DNA of 64,000 bases from a virus (IMGVR_UViG_3300028275_000007), one strand, 5' to 3'; shown: positions 10,400-18,796, numbered from the stretch's first letter. Notes: generated from the letters alone by a model not told the origin. Numbers and translations: made by a program.

Positions 10400-10791
10400 C
10401 GGCGCATCCTTGATATATCAACTGCTTCTTCGTCTGAAAAAATGGGGACAGCATTAGATTTATGCATAGTACCAATACCTTTGATAGCAGTACCTGTATA
10501 AACCTTATCTGGCGCTTTCAGACAAGGCGCCATATTAGTAGGATCTAAACTAGGAATTTTTGGACCTGTATCTCGAATGAATGGTTTATTCACTACTGGA
10601 TTCATTACAGGAGCGGATAGACCTCGATCACGTTTTTTATTATCAGCATCAATAGCCCATTTTTTCTGCAGGGCTTTCCAGGATTCGTCCAACTCTCTAG
10701 CCTTTCTTGCGTGTTCAGCCGAAGCAAATTTCTTTTTACCTTTTTTCTTGCCTGTGGTTGACAGCCACGGACCTTCCAAGTGCATACTCAA
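10396..10791 (-). CDS. Conserved T4-like phage hypothetical protein
   Basis: C-terminal YTGTAIKGIGTMHKSNAVPIFSDEEA motif; sigma70 promoter upstream. Confidence 0.75.
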   Translation of the reverse strand: MSMHLEGPWLSTTGKKKGKKKFASAEHARKARELDESWKALQKKWAIDADNKKRDRGLSAPVMNPVVNKPFIRDTGPKIPSLDPTNMAPCLKAPDKVYTGTAIKGIGTMHKSNAVPIFSDEEAVDISRMRR

Positions 10792-10847
10792 AATCGTTCT
10801 CCTACAAATTTACTATAAGAATAGTATAACTTCATTGTTAGTGATTG

Positions 10848-11807
10848 TCAAGATCCAAAATAAGGATCGTTTTTTAACCAATCGTAGTAGATTTGAAATC
10901 CTTCTTCTACAGATACTTTCGGATCAAATCCAAAATCTCTACGAGCAGCGTCAATGTTTAGTGCTCCACGACTAGGGAAATCTGCATCTTTTTCGCCTAC
11001 AATGATTTCTCCTTTGCCTGCTACTTTTACAGCTAGATTTGCGGCGTCGAGTAAACTATGACTGTGTGACTTTGTTATATTGTAGGTTTTGTTGTCGGTA
11101 TTGTCTGAGAGGGCAGCGGCAACAATTCCGTCGGCGGCATCGTCAACGAAGGTGAAGTCCAGGGTTTCTCCGGCTCCGTTAACTTTAAGAGGATGGCCAC
11201 GCATAGCGTTGAGGATAAATTTGCTGATGACGCGGTCTTCCACGTCGAGTGGACCATATACAGCAGAGGGGCGTATAATAGTATAAGCAATATTAGTACG
11301 ACGAGCATAATCTTTGATAAGCCACTCGCCGGCAAGTTTGAGGATTCCATATTGTCCTTGTGGTTTACAGTCATAATCTTCCTTTACATCATCTTTGAAG
11401 TCGCCGTATACCATAGACGAACTAGTATATACAAACTTTCTTGTTTCATATCTATTTGCCATTTCAAGCAAATTAATTAATCCTTCGCTCATTACACGAC
11501 TACCTTGAGAAGGATTAGCGTTTACTACCTTTTGTCTAGGAAAACTAGCAAGGTGAATAACAATCTCTGGTTGCTCAATATTAAAAACATAATCCATTTC
11601 GTTTAGATTGGAAATATCTTTAATGTATAGTCCGCTTAGATCTAAATCGTTAGATCGTTTGTCAATTAGATGATCTAATTGTTCTTGCGGAATGATGCCA
11701 TAGGTTGTTTTATTATCTACAATAGAAACAATATGCCCTTGTGATTGCAATCGTTTTACTACGTTATGCCCGATGAGGCCGAGGCCGCCTGTTACTAATA
11801 TATTCAT
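10848..11807 (-). CDS. NAD-dependent epimerase/dehydratase (nucleotide-sugar SDR)
   Basis: ILVTGGLGLIG, YTSSSMVYG, YGILK (YxxxK), VYGP. Confidence 0.92.
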   Translation of the reverse strand: MNILVTGGLGLIGHNVVKRLQSQGHIVSIVDNKTTYGIIPQEQLDHLIDKRSNDLDLSGLYIKDISNLNEMDYVFNIEQPEIVIHLASFPRQKVVNANPSQGSRVMSEGLINLLEMANRYETRKFVYTSSSMVYGDFKDDVKEDYDCKPQGQYGILKLAGEWLIKDYARRTNIAYTIIRPSAVYGPLDVEDRVISKFILNAMRGHPLKVNGAGETLDFTFVDDAADGIVAAALSDNTDNKTYNITKSHSHSLLDAANLAVKVAGKGEIIVGEKDADFPSRGALNIDAARRDFGFDPKVSVEEGFQIYYDWLKNDPYFGS

Positions 11808-11843
11808 AACAGTAATTATACAGGACTAGATAATTAAGTCAAG

Positions 11844-11869
11844 AAAAAGCCCACCGAAGTGGGCTGTTT
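11844..11869 (-). terminator. Intrinsic terminator
   Basis: AGCCCAC-CGAA-GTGGGCT plus A/T run. Confidence 0.75.
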
Positions 11870-11871
11870 AA

Positions 11872-13203
11872 TTATCTAACAAAGATAAAACCCTGTCTAG
11901 GATATCTACCAGTTGGGTTCCATCCAAAACCACCAGACTTGATGTTTCTATCTTGGGTAGTTGGGTTTGCGTAGTTATTTGTATACACACCAAAACCAAT
12001 TGCGGAATCGTTTGAGGCATCGTCTGCTTCATTATTCATTGTAATACCAAAACGCATACCAACACCGCTGAAAGTATCTCTAGAATTAATTCTTATTCTA
12101 TTTGAGTTTGGCTGATTGTCCCAAGTGGTTGAAGGCACACCTCCGGTATTAATTATCCAATTAAGCATAGTTGTTCTTGAAAGAACTGAATCTAAATTAA
12201 CTTCAGTGCCTGTGAATAATGTTTTTGCTGTTCTAGCTGTTAGTGCAACAGAAACATAATTAGTTGGAGTTCCCATTCCAAATAAGAAACCTTGAGTTGT
12301 TAAGTGGCTCCAGTATAATTGATTTACTGCATCAGTATCTGAAAGGTCTGTAGTACTGCCAACTTCTTTTGTTCCTGACCAATATGGTCCAAAATAATCC
12401 CAAGATGTTCCGTCAACGTTTGAACTAATCTTGCCTGCTAGCATATAACCACCAAGGCTCATCAAACAGTATGTTTGGAATGGGCCGTTTCCGATATCAA
12501 TCCAATAGTTTCCATTTGTTGATGTTCCTGTTAATGTTCTAATATGTTCTGCACTAACTGCCGCACGAGCTGCTGTCGAACCGTCGGCCCAGCGTTTCTT
12601 AATATAAATTGTTCTAGTTGAAGACCCAAAATTGCTGTCTGTTGCATTAATTGTTAATGTGTTATTAGCATCGGCAATACCAGGAGTGTATCCTGTACCA
12701 GCCATTGTTCCGGTTACCACACCAGTAGAACTTAAACTAAGACCAGTTGGCATAGATCCTGAGATGATAGAAACGTTTTTAGTTCCAGTTCCGCCAATTG
12801 GTAATGTATAATTGTAGGTTCTTCCTGTTGAAAAAGTATAGGTATCAGTTGGCCATAGGTTTAATGCAATAGGGCTGGTAGTTATTTGATCGCCTTGAGT
12901 AACTCCCCAGGCAACCGCAGAAACTGAGTTATTATCTGATACTACAACAAGGAATTTTCCAGGAGACACTTGATATCGTTTTTCGACAGAGCTAGTTGGG
13001 CTAATTGTGAAATTGTAAAGTACCCATTCTGCGTCTGTTGGGCTGTATTGATCTGCGCATACAGCAATTTTAACAGTTACATCAACATCGCCTCTGTTAC
13101 AGATGTTTACAGAAACAATAGTAGCAACGTTGTTGTCGCAGTAATATATGGCTTGTGGAACATTAGTCGTTAAATCCGACGATCCTAGAACACTTCCTGG
13201 CAT
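11872..13203 (-). CDS. Virion fibre/adhesin-like protein with Ig-like repeat and fibrinogen-like C-terminal domain
   Basis: SGSMPTGLSLSSTGVVTGT (putative Ig), NGNYWID...FQTYCLMS.GGYML (FReD-like start); T/S/G-rich; TAAATA upstream. Confidence 0.7.
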   Translation of the reverse strand: MPGSVLGSSDLTTNVPQAIYYCDNNVATIVSVNICNRGDVDVTVKIAVCADQYSPTDAEWVLYNFTISPTSSVEKRYQVSPGKFLVVVSDNNSVSAVAWGVTQGDQITTSPIALNLWPTDTYTFSTGRTYNYTLPIGGTGTKNVSIISGSMPTGLSLSSTGVVTGTMAGTGYTPGIADANNTLTINATDSNFGSSTRTIYIKKRWADGSTAARAAVSAEHIRTLTGTSTNGNYWIDIGNGPFQTYCLMSLGGYMLAGKISSNVDGTSWDYFGPYWSGTKEVGSTTDLSDTDAVNQLYWSHLTTQGFLFGMGTPTNYVSVALTARTAKTLFTGTEVNLDSVLSRTTMLNWIINTGGVPSTTWDNQPNSNRIRINSRDTFSGVGMRFGITMNNEADDASNDSAIGFGVYTNNYANPTTQDRNIKSGGFGWNPTGRYPRQGFIFVR

Positions 13204-13245
13204 TATAAACTCCCTTTATCTTTGTATTTATTCCAGGAAAACATT

Positions 13246-13270
13246 AAAAAGCCCACTAAAGAGTGGGCTT
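13246..13270 (-). terminator. Intrinsic terminator after pqqA
   Basis: AAGCCCACT-AAAG-AGTGGGCTT. Confidence 0.75.
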
Positions 13271-13278
13271 GTATTAAA

Positions 13279-13350
13279 TTAACGGTTCATTACATACATT
13301 GTAACTTCAAAACCGTAGCGCATTTCAACTGCTTCTGGTTTAGTCCACAT
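13279..13350 (-). CDS. pqqA: PQQ precursor peptide PqqA (23 aa); not in ORF track
   Basis: MWTKPEAVEMRYGFEVTMYVMNR with ExxxY and AAGGAG RBS. Confidence 0.9.
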   Translation of the reverse strand: MWTKPEAVEMRYGFEVTMYVMNR

Positions 13351-13451
13351 AATGTTTCTCCTTTATAAAAACATACTGCATTAGTATGTATCGTTAGTAT
13401 AAGACAAAAACACCACAAAAACCATACGTAAAATCATTAAAATGATATTGC

Positions 13452-13458
13452 ATAAATA
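13452..13458 (+). promoter_or_regulatory. T4-like late promoter (ATAAATA)
   Basis: The TAAATA motif recurs just upstream of many structural genes (e.g. 14723, 15418, 18091, 18778, 33830, 44393, 47998). Confidence 0.6.
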
Positions 13459-13461
13459 CGT

Positions 13462-13560
13462 GTGTGGGGAGTAGTCCGCTCTTTTTAAGAGTTCTATACA
13501 TCGTCATTTCGGTTTTACAACCCGGTGCATAGAGAGAATGGGTCTCGGACAAGACCATAA
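13462..13560 (+). ncRNA. yybP-ykoY (Mn2+-sensing) riboswitch
   Basis: GGGGAGTAG...ATCGTCATTTCGG...CCGG...CAAGACC landmarks in the right order, directly 5' of a TerC gene. Confidence 0.8.
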
Positions 13561-13634
13561 TATCGAGTATATTATGGATCTAAACATCTTCTCTTATTGT
13601 ATTTCCATAACATACTCTTTTAAGGAGTTGTAAA

Positions 13635-14324
13635 ATGGAATTATTTACATTACAAGCCCTATGGGCATTTCTCGCTATCATTTTGATAGACATTGTATTA
13701 GCCGGTGATAACGCTCTTGTTATTGGGATGGCGGCTAACAAATTACCAGACCACTTACGCAAGAAGGCAATCTTCTGGGGTACTTTTGGTGCTATTGCTA
13801 TACGTTTTGTATCAGTGGCGGCATTAACCTACTTGCTGATGATCCCAGGCTTACGTGCTATTGGTGCTGCCGCACTGATATGGATTGGTTGGAAGTTGGT
13901 GTTCAATCACGACGAACACAACATCGAAGCCAAGGACACCTTCTGGGGTGCAATTGGTACTATCGTAGTCGCTGATGCTGTTATGGGCATAGATAATGCC
14001 TTAGGCATTGCCGCAGCCGCTAATGGTAGTTTTGTTTTAGTCGCCGCTGGATTGTTGATCAGTGTGCCAATTATCCTGTTTGGTGCTACTATGGTCAGCA
14101 AGATACTACAACGTTGGCCCGACACAGTATTTGCAGGTTCGTTTGTATTGTTTGCTGTGGCAATGCTAATGCTAATGAAAGAACCATTGATGGCTAGCTG
14201 GTGGGCAGGGTTAGAACCTATTGTGGCTAAACCTTTACCTTGGTTGGCTGCATTTGTTATCACTGCTGTTCAGTATAACAAGGCTAGATTACATTTGCAC
14301 AAAAAGTATTTGTTCAAATCATAA
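13635..14324 (+). CDS. terC: TerC/Alx family membrane protein
   Basis: IDIVLAGDNALVIGMA, IVVADAVMGIDNALGIAAAA, GLLISVPII. Confidence 0.9.
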   Translation: MELFTLQALWAFLAIILIDIVLAGDNALVIGMAANKLPDHLRKKAIFWGTFGAIAIRFVSVAALTYLLMIPGLRAIGAAALIWIGWKLVFNHDEHNIEAKDTFWGAIGTIVVADAVMGIDNALGIAAAANGSFVLVAAGLLISVPIILFGATMVSKILQRWPDTVFAGSFVLFAVAMLMLMKEPLMASWWAGLEPIVAKPLPWLAAFVITAVQYNKARLHLHKKYLFKS

Positions 14325-14349
14325 AAAAGCCCCGGAAGGGGCTTTTTTA
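14323..14349. terminator. Bidirectional intrinsic terminator
   Basis: AAAAAAGCCCC-GGAA-GGGGCTTTTTT between convergent units. Confidence 0.85.
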
Positions 14350-14362
14350 TTACAGTAAAATT

Positions 14363-14479
14363 TTAACTGTTTAAAACTTTGGCAACCGAGTTCATTACTG
14401 CGGCAATACGTCCAATGTCACGAAGCTGTTCTACAGTGTAGCCTTCCTTCTTGAGTGTGTCGTAGTGTGCTTTTACGCA
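14363..14479 (-). pseudogene. Orphaned original 3' end of ahpD (38 codons plus TAA)
   Basis: Translates CVKAHYDTLKKEGYTVEQLRDIGRIAAVMNSVAKVLNS*, 35/38 identical to the C-terminus of the 15424-15930 ORF. Confidence 0.9.
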
Positions 14480-14481
14480 GG

Positions 14482-14715
14482 TTAATCTTTATCTTTCAAT
14501 CTTTCCCACGAGGCATTAGCAGTATCTTGATTTTTCTTAGCATACTTAGGATCAGTGTCTGCTTGCTTAGAAGTCACTCTATCTACTGCTCGTTTATGAA
14601 CCTTTGCCAACTGTTTTTGACCTTTGTTAGTATCGCCGTATTCTTCTAAAGAGCCTTCCGCCACACCTTGCTGGGCGGTTTCTATTAAGTTAATGTAATC
14701 TCTAAGTGTTTTCAT
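14482..14715 (-). CDS. Small late protein with capsid-targeting-like N-terminus
   Basis: MKTLRDYINLIE...QGVAEG; TAAATA 8 nt upstream. Confidence 0.7.
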   Translation of the reverse strand: MKTLRDYINLIETAQQGVAEGSLEEYGDTNKGQKQLAKVHKRAVDRVTSKQADTDPKYAKKNQDTANASWERLKDKD

Positions 14716-14725
14716 AATGTAGTAT

Positions 14726-15412
14726 TTATTCCTTGTTCTTACAGTTATCGCCGTGCCAACGATTAAACATTCCGGAACTAACCGTTTTGCTACAATGCGG
14801 GCAGACTTTTTTGATTTGGCTTGGATGTGTTCCGTTAGCCAGTTGATTCTTTACAGATTTGCCGCCCAAAAAGTTATGGGTTCCTTCCGCTACTCGTTTC
14901 TCATTAGTTTGGCGAGAAACTGCTCCGCCCAAAAACGGATGTGTTCCGTTCTTGACTTTTTCTAACTCTTTTTTACGGGCCCAATCTTTATCCAAAAATG
15001 TATGGTTGCCTTCGGCTATTCGCTTTAAGTTTCTTTTACTTGCCTTTTCACTATCTTGCCAGTGATGATTGCCTGCTTCGACTAATCTGTCTTGTGCTTG
15101 CTTTTGTATCTTGCCACCAAGAAAGTTATGGGTTCCATTCTCAACTGCTTTGAGTGCTCCTAATCTTGATAGATTAGACTTCTCTTCTGGTGTAATATCT
15201 AGTGCTCCGGAAATCAACAAACAAGCATACCAGTCTCCTTGACTGTAGTGTATGTCGTAGTGTTCCTGGATAGTGACTGCTTTAAGATTTAGAGGATTAT
15301 TATTAGAGTGATCCCCATCGATGTGATGGATTTCAAAAGATCGTCCATCAGCATCAACGGGGATTTCACCGTAGTGCTGTTTGTATATTTTTCTATAAGA
15401 TCGGTCTCTCAT
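14726..15412 (-). CDS. HNH homing endonuclease with NGTHxFLGG repeats and C-terminal Zn finger
   Basis: EIHHIDGDHSNNNPLNL; about six GTH/GNH repeats; CPHC...WHGDNCK; TAAATA then ATG at 15412. Confidence 0.88.
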   Translation of the reverse strand: MRDRSYRKIYKQHYGEIPVDADGRSFEIHHIDGDHSNNNPLNLKAVTIQEHYDIHYSQGDWYACLLISGALDITPEEKSNLSRLGALKAVENGTHNFLGGKIQKQAQDRLVEAGNHHWQDSEKASKRNLKRIAEGNHTFLDKDWARKKELEKVKNGTHPFLGGAVSRQTNEKRVAEGTHNFLGGKSVKNQLANGTHPSQIKKVCPHCSKTVSSGMFNRWHGDNCKNKE

Positions 15413-15423
15413 AGAAATATTTA

Positions 15424-15930
15424 TCAACTATTCAGCACCTTTGCTACACTATTCATTACTGCCGCTATTCTGCCGATGTCTCTCAACTGCTCAACAGTAT
15501 AACCCATAGTTTTCAAACCATCGTAATGGGCTTTTACGCAAAACTCGCATTTGCCCACAATACTAGCAGCCAAACTAAATGCTTCAAAGTTTGCCTTGGT
15601 AGTTCCACCGTGGCTAGCAATCGCATTCATACGTAACTGAGCTGGCAATCCCTTTAGCTGTTCATCATCTGCCATTTCAACATATGGATACCATACATTG
15701 TTCTGTGCCATAATGCTTGCGGCTGTCATTGCTGCTTCGCCGTGTACTGGAGCATCTGCTAATAGAATACTTAGAACCTTGCCGTTGCCTGTTGCGGCTA
15801 ATGCAGCTACAGCACAACCTATTGCAATGTCCGGATCTAATGTACTGCGAAGTAGAACAGCATCTAGGTTTAGTTTTGTATCTTTAGCGTACTCTGGAAG
15901 TGCGCCTTTAATTGTTTCGTTGAAGTTCAT
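15424..15930 (-). CDS. ahpD: Alkylhydroperoxidase AhpD
   Basis: LPEYAKDTKLNL...MAQNNVWY...SIVGKCEFCVKAH (CxxC); downstream of ahpC. Confidence 0.92.
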   Translation of the reverse strand: MNFNETIKGALPEYAKDTKLNLDAVLLRSTLDPDIAIGCAVAALAATGNGKVLSILLADAPVHGEAAMTAASIMAQNNVWYPYVEMADDEQLKGLPAQLRMNAIASHGGTTKANFEAFSLAASIVGKCEFCVKAHYDGLKTMGYTVEQLRDIGRIAAVMNSVAKVLNS

Positions 15931-16337
15931 TTTGTTTTCTCCGCTAGTTCTTTATAACCTGCCCAACTAGGATGTATTGCATCAGCTTGCAATCGTTCTG
16001 TTTTAATAATTGTATCTCCCCAATTACGAGCAATAATTTCTACAATCTCGTTTACATCAGGTTTACAGAATTTATTATTACAGGGAGGAAGTATCCAATA
16101 TACACGATCTGCTTGTACTCGTTCTCTCATTGATTCTAATTCTTTAAAGGTATGCACACCTTTATGATCATTAGTACCAAGACTGATAATAACAGATTTT
16201 GCTGCTAGATTCTTATCCGCAAATTTACGATTCCATTGCCAAGTGTTATATCCGCCAATGCTGTAACTAATACATTCTTTACGAACATTGGCGGTACCCA
16301 CCGCAATACTATCTCCTAGTATTAGGCAGTCTAACAT
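15927..16337 (-). CDS. SGNH/GDSL hydrolase family protein
   Basis: ILGDSIA, SLGTND, DAIHP motifs. Confidence 0.8.
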   Translation of the reverse strand: MLDCLILGDSIAVGTANVRKECISYSIGGYNTWQWNRKFADKNLAAKSVIISLGTNDHKGVHTFKELESMRERVQADRVYWILPPCNNKFCKPDVNEIVEIIARNWGDTIIKTERLQADAIHPSWAGYKELAEKTK

Positions 16338-16870
16338 TACAATGTCTCGCCGCCAACTGTACGGTTGCAAGCGCACAATTCACCTGTTTGCAATGCATCC
16401 AATACACGAAGTGTTTCTTCTGGGCTACGGCCGACGTTCAAGTTGTTGACAGTAACGTGTTGGATAACGTTGTCTGGATCAACGATGAATGTTGCACGAA
16501 GTGCGGCACCTGCTGGAGCATAGAATACACCTAGTTGTTCAATCAAGCTCAACTCGCCACGCTGTGTGTCTGCAAACTGAGTGTGTGTGATCTTAGCAAG
16601 ATCGGGGTGAGCTTTTTGCCAAGCAAGTTTACAGAACTCGTTGTCTGTTGAACCTGTTAGTAGAACAGCATCACGATCCTTGAAATCACCTGCCAACTTA
16701 TCATAGGCAACGATTTCAGTTGGACATACGAATGTAAAGTCCTTTGGATAGTAAACGATTACTTTCCACTTGCCAGCGAAGCTTTCGTCTGTAATAGTAA
16801 AGAAATCATCCTTACCTGGATTAACACCTGTTACGGCAAACTTTTCAATTTTATCACCAACTGTTTTCAT
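16337..16870 (-). CDS. ahpC: Peroxiredoxin AhpC
   Basis: YPKDFTFVCPTEI, GRSPEETLRVLDALQTGELCAC. Confidence 0.95.
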   Translation of the reverse strand: MKTVGDKIEKFAVTGVNPGKDDFFTITDESFAGKWKVIVYYPKDFTFVCPTEIVAYDKLAGDFKDRDAVLLTGSTDNEFCKLAWQKAHPDLAKITHTQFADTQRGELSLIEQLGVFYAPAGAALRATFIVDPDNVIQHVTVNNLNVGRSPEETLRVLDALQTGELCACNRTVGGETL

Positions 16871-16974
16871 TTCATTCTCCTTGTGTGTGTTGAAAACTAT
16901 ATAGGACCCTTTGTCCTGTACAACTATTATACATTTAATTATCCTATTAATCTAGCATTTTAATAGGTTTTTTT

Positions 16975-17011
16975 ACAATATTTTTTAATAACGTTAATAG
17001 GAAAAATCAAT
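16975..17011 (-). promoter_or_regulatory. Possible OxyR-type operator upstream of ahpC
   Basis: ATTG-N7-CTAT-N7-ATTA-N7-TTGT versus consensus ATAG-N7-CTAT-N7-ATAG-N7-CTAT; AT-rich context lowers specificity. Confidence 0.4.
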
Positions 17012-17027
17012 AACGTTTTGAAAAATA

Positions 17028-17049
17028 GAAAGGACCCTAAGGTCCTTTC
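17028..17049 (-). terminator. Intrinsic terminator
   Basis: GAAAGGACC-CTAA-GGTCCTTTC. Confidence 0.75.
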
Positions 17050-17068
17050 AATAAGGCTCTAATTGAAA

Positions 17069-17620
17069 TTAGAAACGATGGATCAAACCAACTTTGGTGA
17101 TGTTCTGATCACTGTCACCACGCTGACGATCATAGCCAATATAAATGGTGTCATTCTTAGTTACATCGTAACCAAGTTTGGCACGCCAAGTACGGGTTGT
17201 ATCGTTTTGACTGTTGCTAAACGCATCCTGGAAGCGATAGCCTAGGCTAACACCAACAGCACCTTGTTTAACAGCAACACCTGGTTCAACAGAATAGTAG
17301 CTGAATCCACTTGCGCCGCTAACTTGCTTTTCGCCGACTGCTACACGAGCATATGGTGATACAAGGCCAACACTAGTGGATGCTGTTAGACCAGCTTCAT
17401 AACGTGTTGCTAAAGCATCTGTACCATCTGTTCGATAGTTTTTAACAACAATATCACCTGCAAAGTTGTTGTTAATAGATTCTTTAATGCCTAACTCGTA
17501 GACACGTTGACTTGCTGTGCCGTTAGTACCATTTGCATCCTGACTTTCTAAACGAACTTCGGCTGCTGATACCATACCTGCTACTGTTGCCAAAACTGCG
17601 GCAATAACTAACTTCTTCAT
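17069..17620 (-). CDS. Outer-membrane beta-barrel protein
   Basis: Sec signal MKKLVIAAVLATVAGMVSA, alternating amphipathic strands, terminal ...GLIHRF. Confidence 0.8.
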   Translation of the reverse strand: MKKLVIAAVLATVAGMVSAAEVRLESQDANGTNGTASQRVYELGIKESINNNFAGDIVVKNYRTDGTDALATRYEAGLTASTSVGLVSPYARVAVGEKQVSGASGFSYYSVEPGVAVKQGAVGVSLGYRFQDAFSNSQNDTTRTWRAKLGYDVTKNDTIYIGYDRQRGDSDQNITKVGLIHRF

Positions 17621-17744
17621 AAAATCTCCTTATGTGTAATCGTGTGTCTAACTTTATGTAGATAATGTGAATAACACTACGATGAAGTTTAATCAGTGTT
17701 AACACTGATTGTTAACTATATATGCTTTTAGATCAGTTGTCAAG

Positions 17745-17769
17745 AAAAAAGGCTACCGAAGTAGCCTTT
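17745..17769 (-). terminator. Terminator of tmRNA gene
   Basis: AAAGGCTAC-CGAA-GTAGCCTTT. Confidence 0.8.
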
Positions 17770-18085
17770 ACTATTTTCTGTTTCGAGGTATAGCTACCCA
17801 AAGCCTTAAGCGGCTAATGCGAAACGTGTATCGTTTGCGTTTACTTTTTTTGCTTCTTCGGCCGAGTTCCCCCAACCCTACGGGTTTCACATTCCCGAGC
17901 TGTCCACTTCGTTACTCATCACCCTGTCGAAACCATGACTGGCCCATTAGGGAGAACACTAGTATGACGTCTGCTACGCCGCGGCCGAAGCCCTTAGTAA
18001 CGGTTCTCTAATGCTCTCTCTGGTGGACCAGGCGGGAGTCGAACCCGCGTCCAGAATACCTTTCTCTCTGCTTCATACAGCAATA
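17770..18085 (-). ncRNA. ssrA: Circularly permuted (two-piece) tmRNA; tag (A)NDTRFALAA*
   Basis: Acceptor piece ends GGTTCGACTCCCGCCTGGTCCACCA at 18021; 75-nt spacer; coding piece starts GGGCCAGTCATGGTTTCGACAGGG at 17945; tag ORF 17838-17806. Confidence 0.9.
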
Positions 18086-18100
18086 ACTTATATTTAACAC

Positions 18101-18658
18101 TCATTCTTCATAAATGTCAATATCTTCATCTTCCCAAATTGTACCTTTTTTATCATAGGCTTGATAATAAGCTTCGTTTGGTTTGAGTATGCGCCAACCC
18201 TGATACTTGAGTCCTGCTAAGGTAGCTTCTTCTTTCTTTAGTAGATCGCAGATAATAAACGATGAGCCGCAGGCTCCTTCTACATTCTTAAATGGACTGT
18301 GTTTAAACTCGTTATTACTCAGAGCCTTGTGCATAGCACCACCCCAGTTAAAAATGATGCGAGTGATACCCAACTTTTGGTTGCGTAAACGAATCTTATC
18401 TATAAGTGAAAGAGTTGATAATGTAGCTTCGTTCTGTTCATTGATTGTTAACAAACATTCTTTGAACTTAAGGCTACCTTTAGTATGGCTGTTGTCAGGA
18501 GTTTCTTTGGTACTCCAAGCCATTTGTGCGTCAACGTGATTGACATAAAATGTTTCACCGTGTGTTTTAAGGACCCACATCGGAACGGTCTCATCTTCTA
18601 AGTGTTTTTTATTAAAATGGAACACTACATCCTTACAAGCATATTCAATCTATTGCAT
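18101..18658 (-). CDS. Hypothetical late protein with in-frame TAG at codon 3 (alternative start GTG 18625)
   Basis: AAGGAAAATAAA ATG CAA TAG ATT GAA TAT GCT TGT AAG GAT GTA GTG TTC..., in frame with the 174-aa ORF. Confidence 0.7.
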
Positions 18659-18672
18659 TTTATTTTCCTTTA

Positions 18673-18773
18673 AAAATGATAGTTTTTTTGTGTCAGGAAA
18701 CTATCAAACCCCGTGAGCGCAGCCCATCCTGTTTTCGCGTCAGCGGAGCCGGAGTATGGTTACAGGTCCGGCA
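18673..18773 (-). ncRNA. Candidate structured leader or small RNA behind a late promoter
   Basis: GCCGGA/TCCGGC stem whose loop CCTGT can pair with downstream ACAGG; GATAGTTT/AAACTATC hairpin; GC-rich non-coding. Confidence 0.5.
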
Positions 18774-18796
18774 AACTTATTTACACTTTACAATTT

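Larger units (their letters stand above)
14480..15540 (-). mobile_element. Homing-endonuclease cassette inserted in ahpD (replacement 3' end, HNH and cargo ORF)
   Basis: The duplicated, synonymously diverged ahpD end brackets the HNH gene; TGCGTAAAAGC is shared at both junctions. Confidence 0.8.

Noticed and set aside
13425-13452. Fur/MntR-like operator between pqqA and terC (AATCATT-AA-AATGATA)
   Set aside because: Imperfect AT-rich palindrome in an AT-rich region; not distinguishable from chance by eye
14480-15423. Group I intron in ahpD
   Set aside because: No P7-type core elements recognised, the 3' junction does not end in G, the insert is fully occupied by ORFs with their own promoters, and the upstream copy already completes the gene
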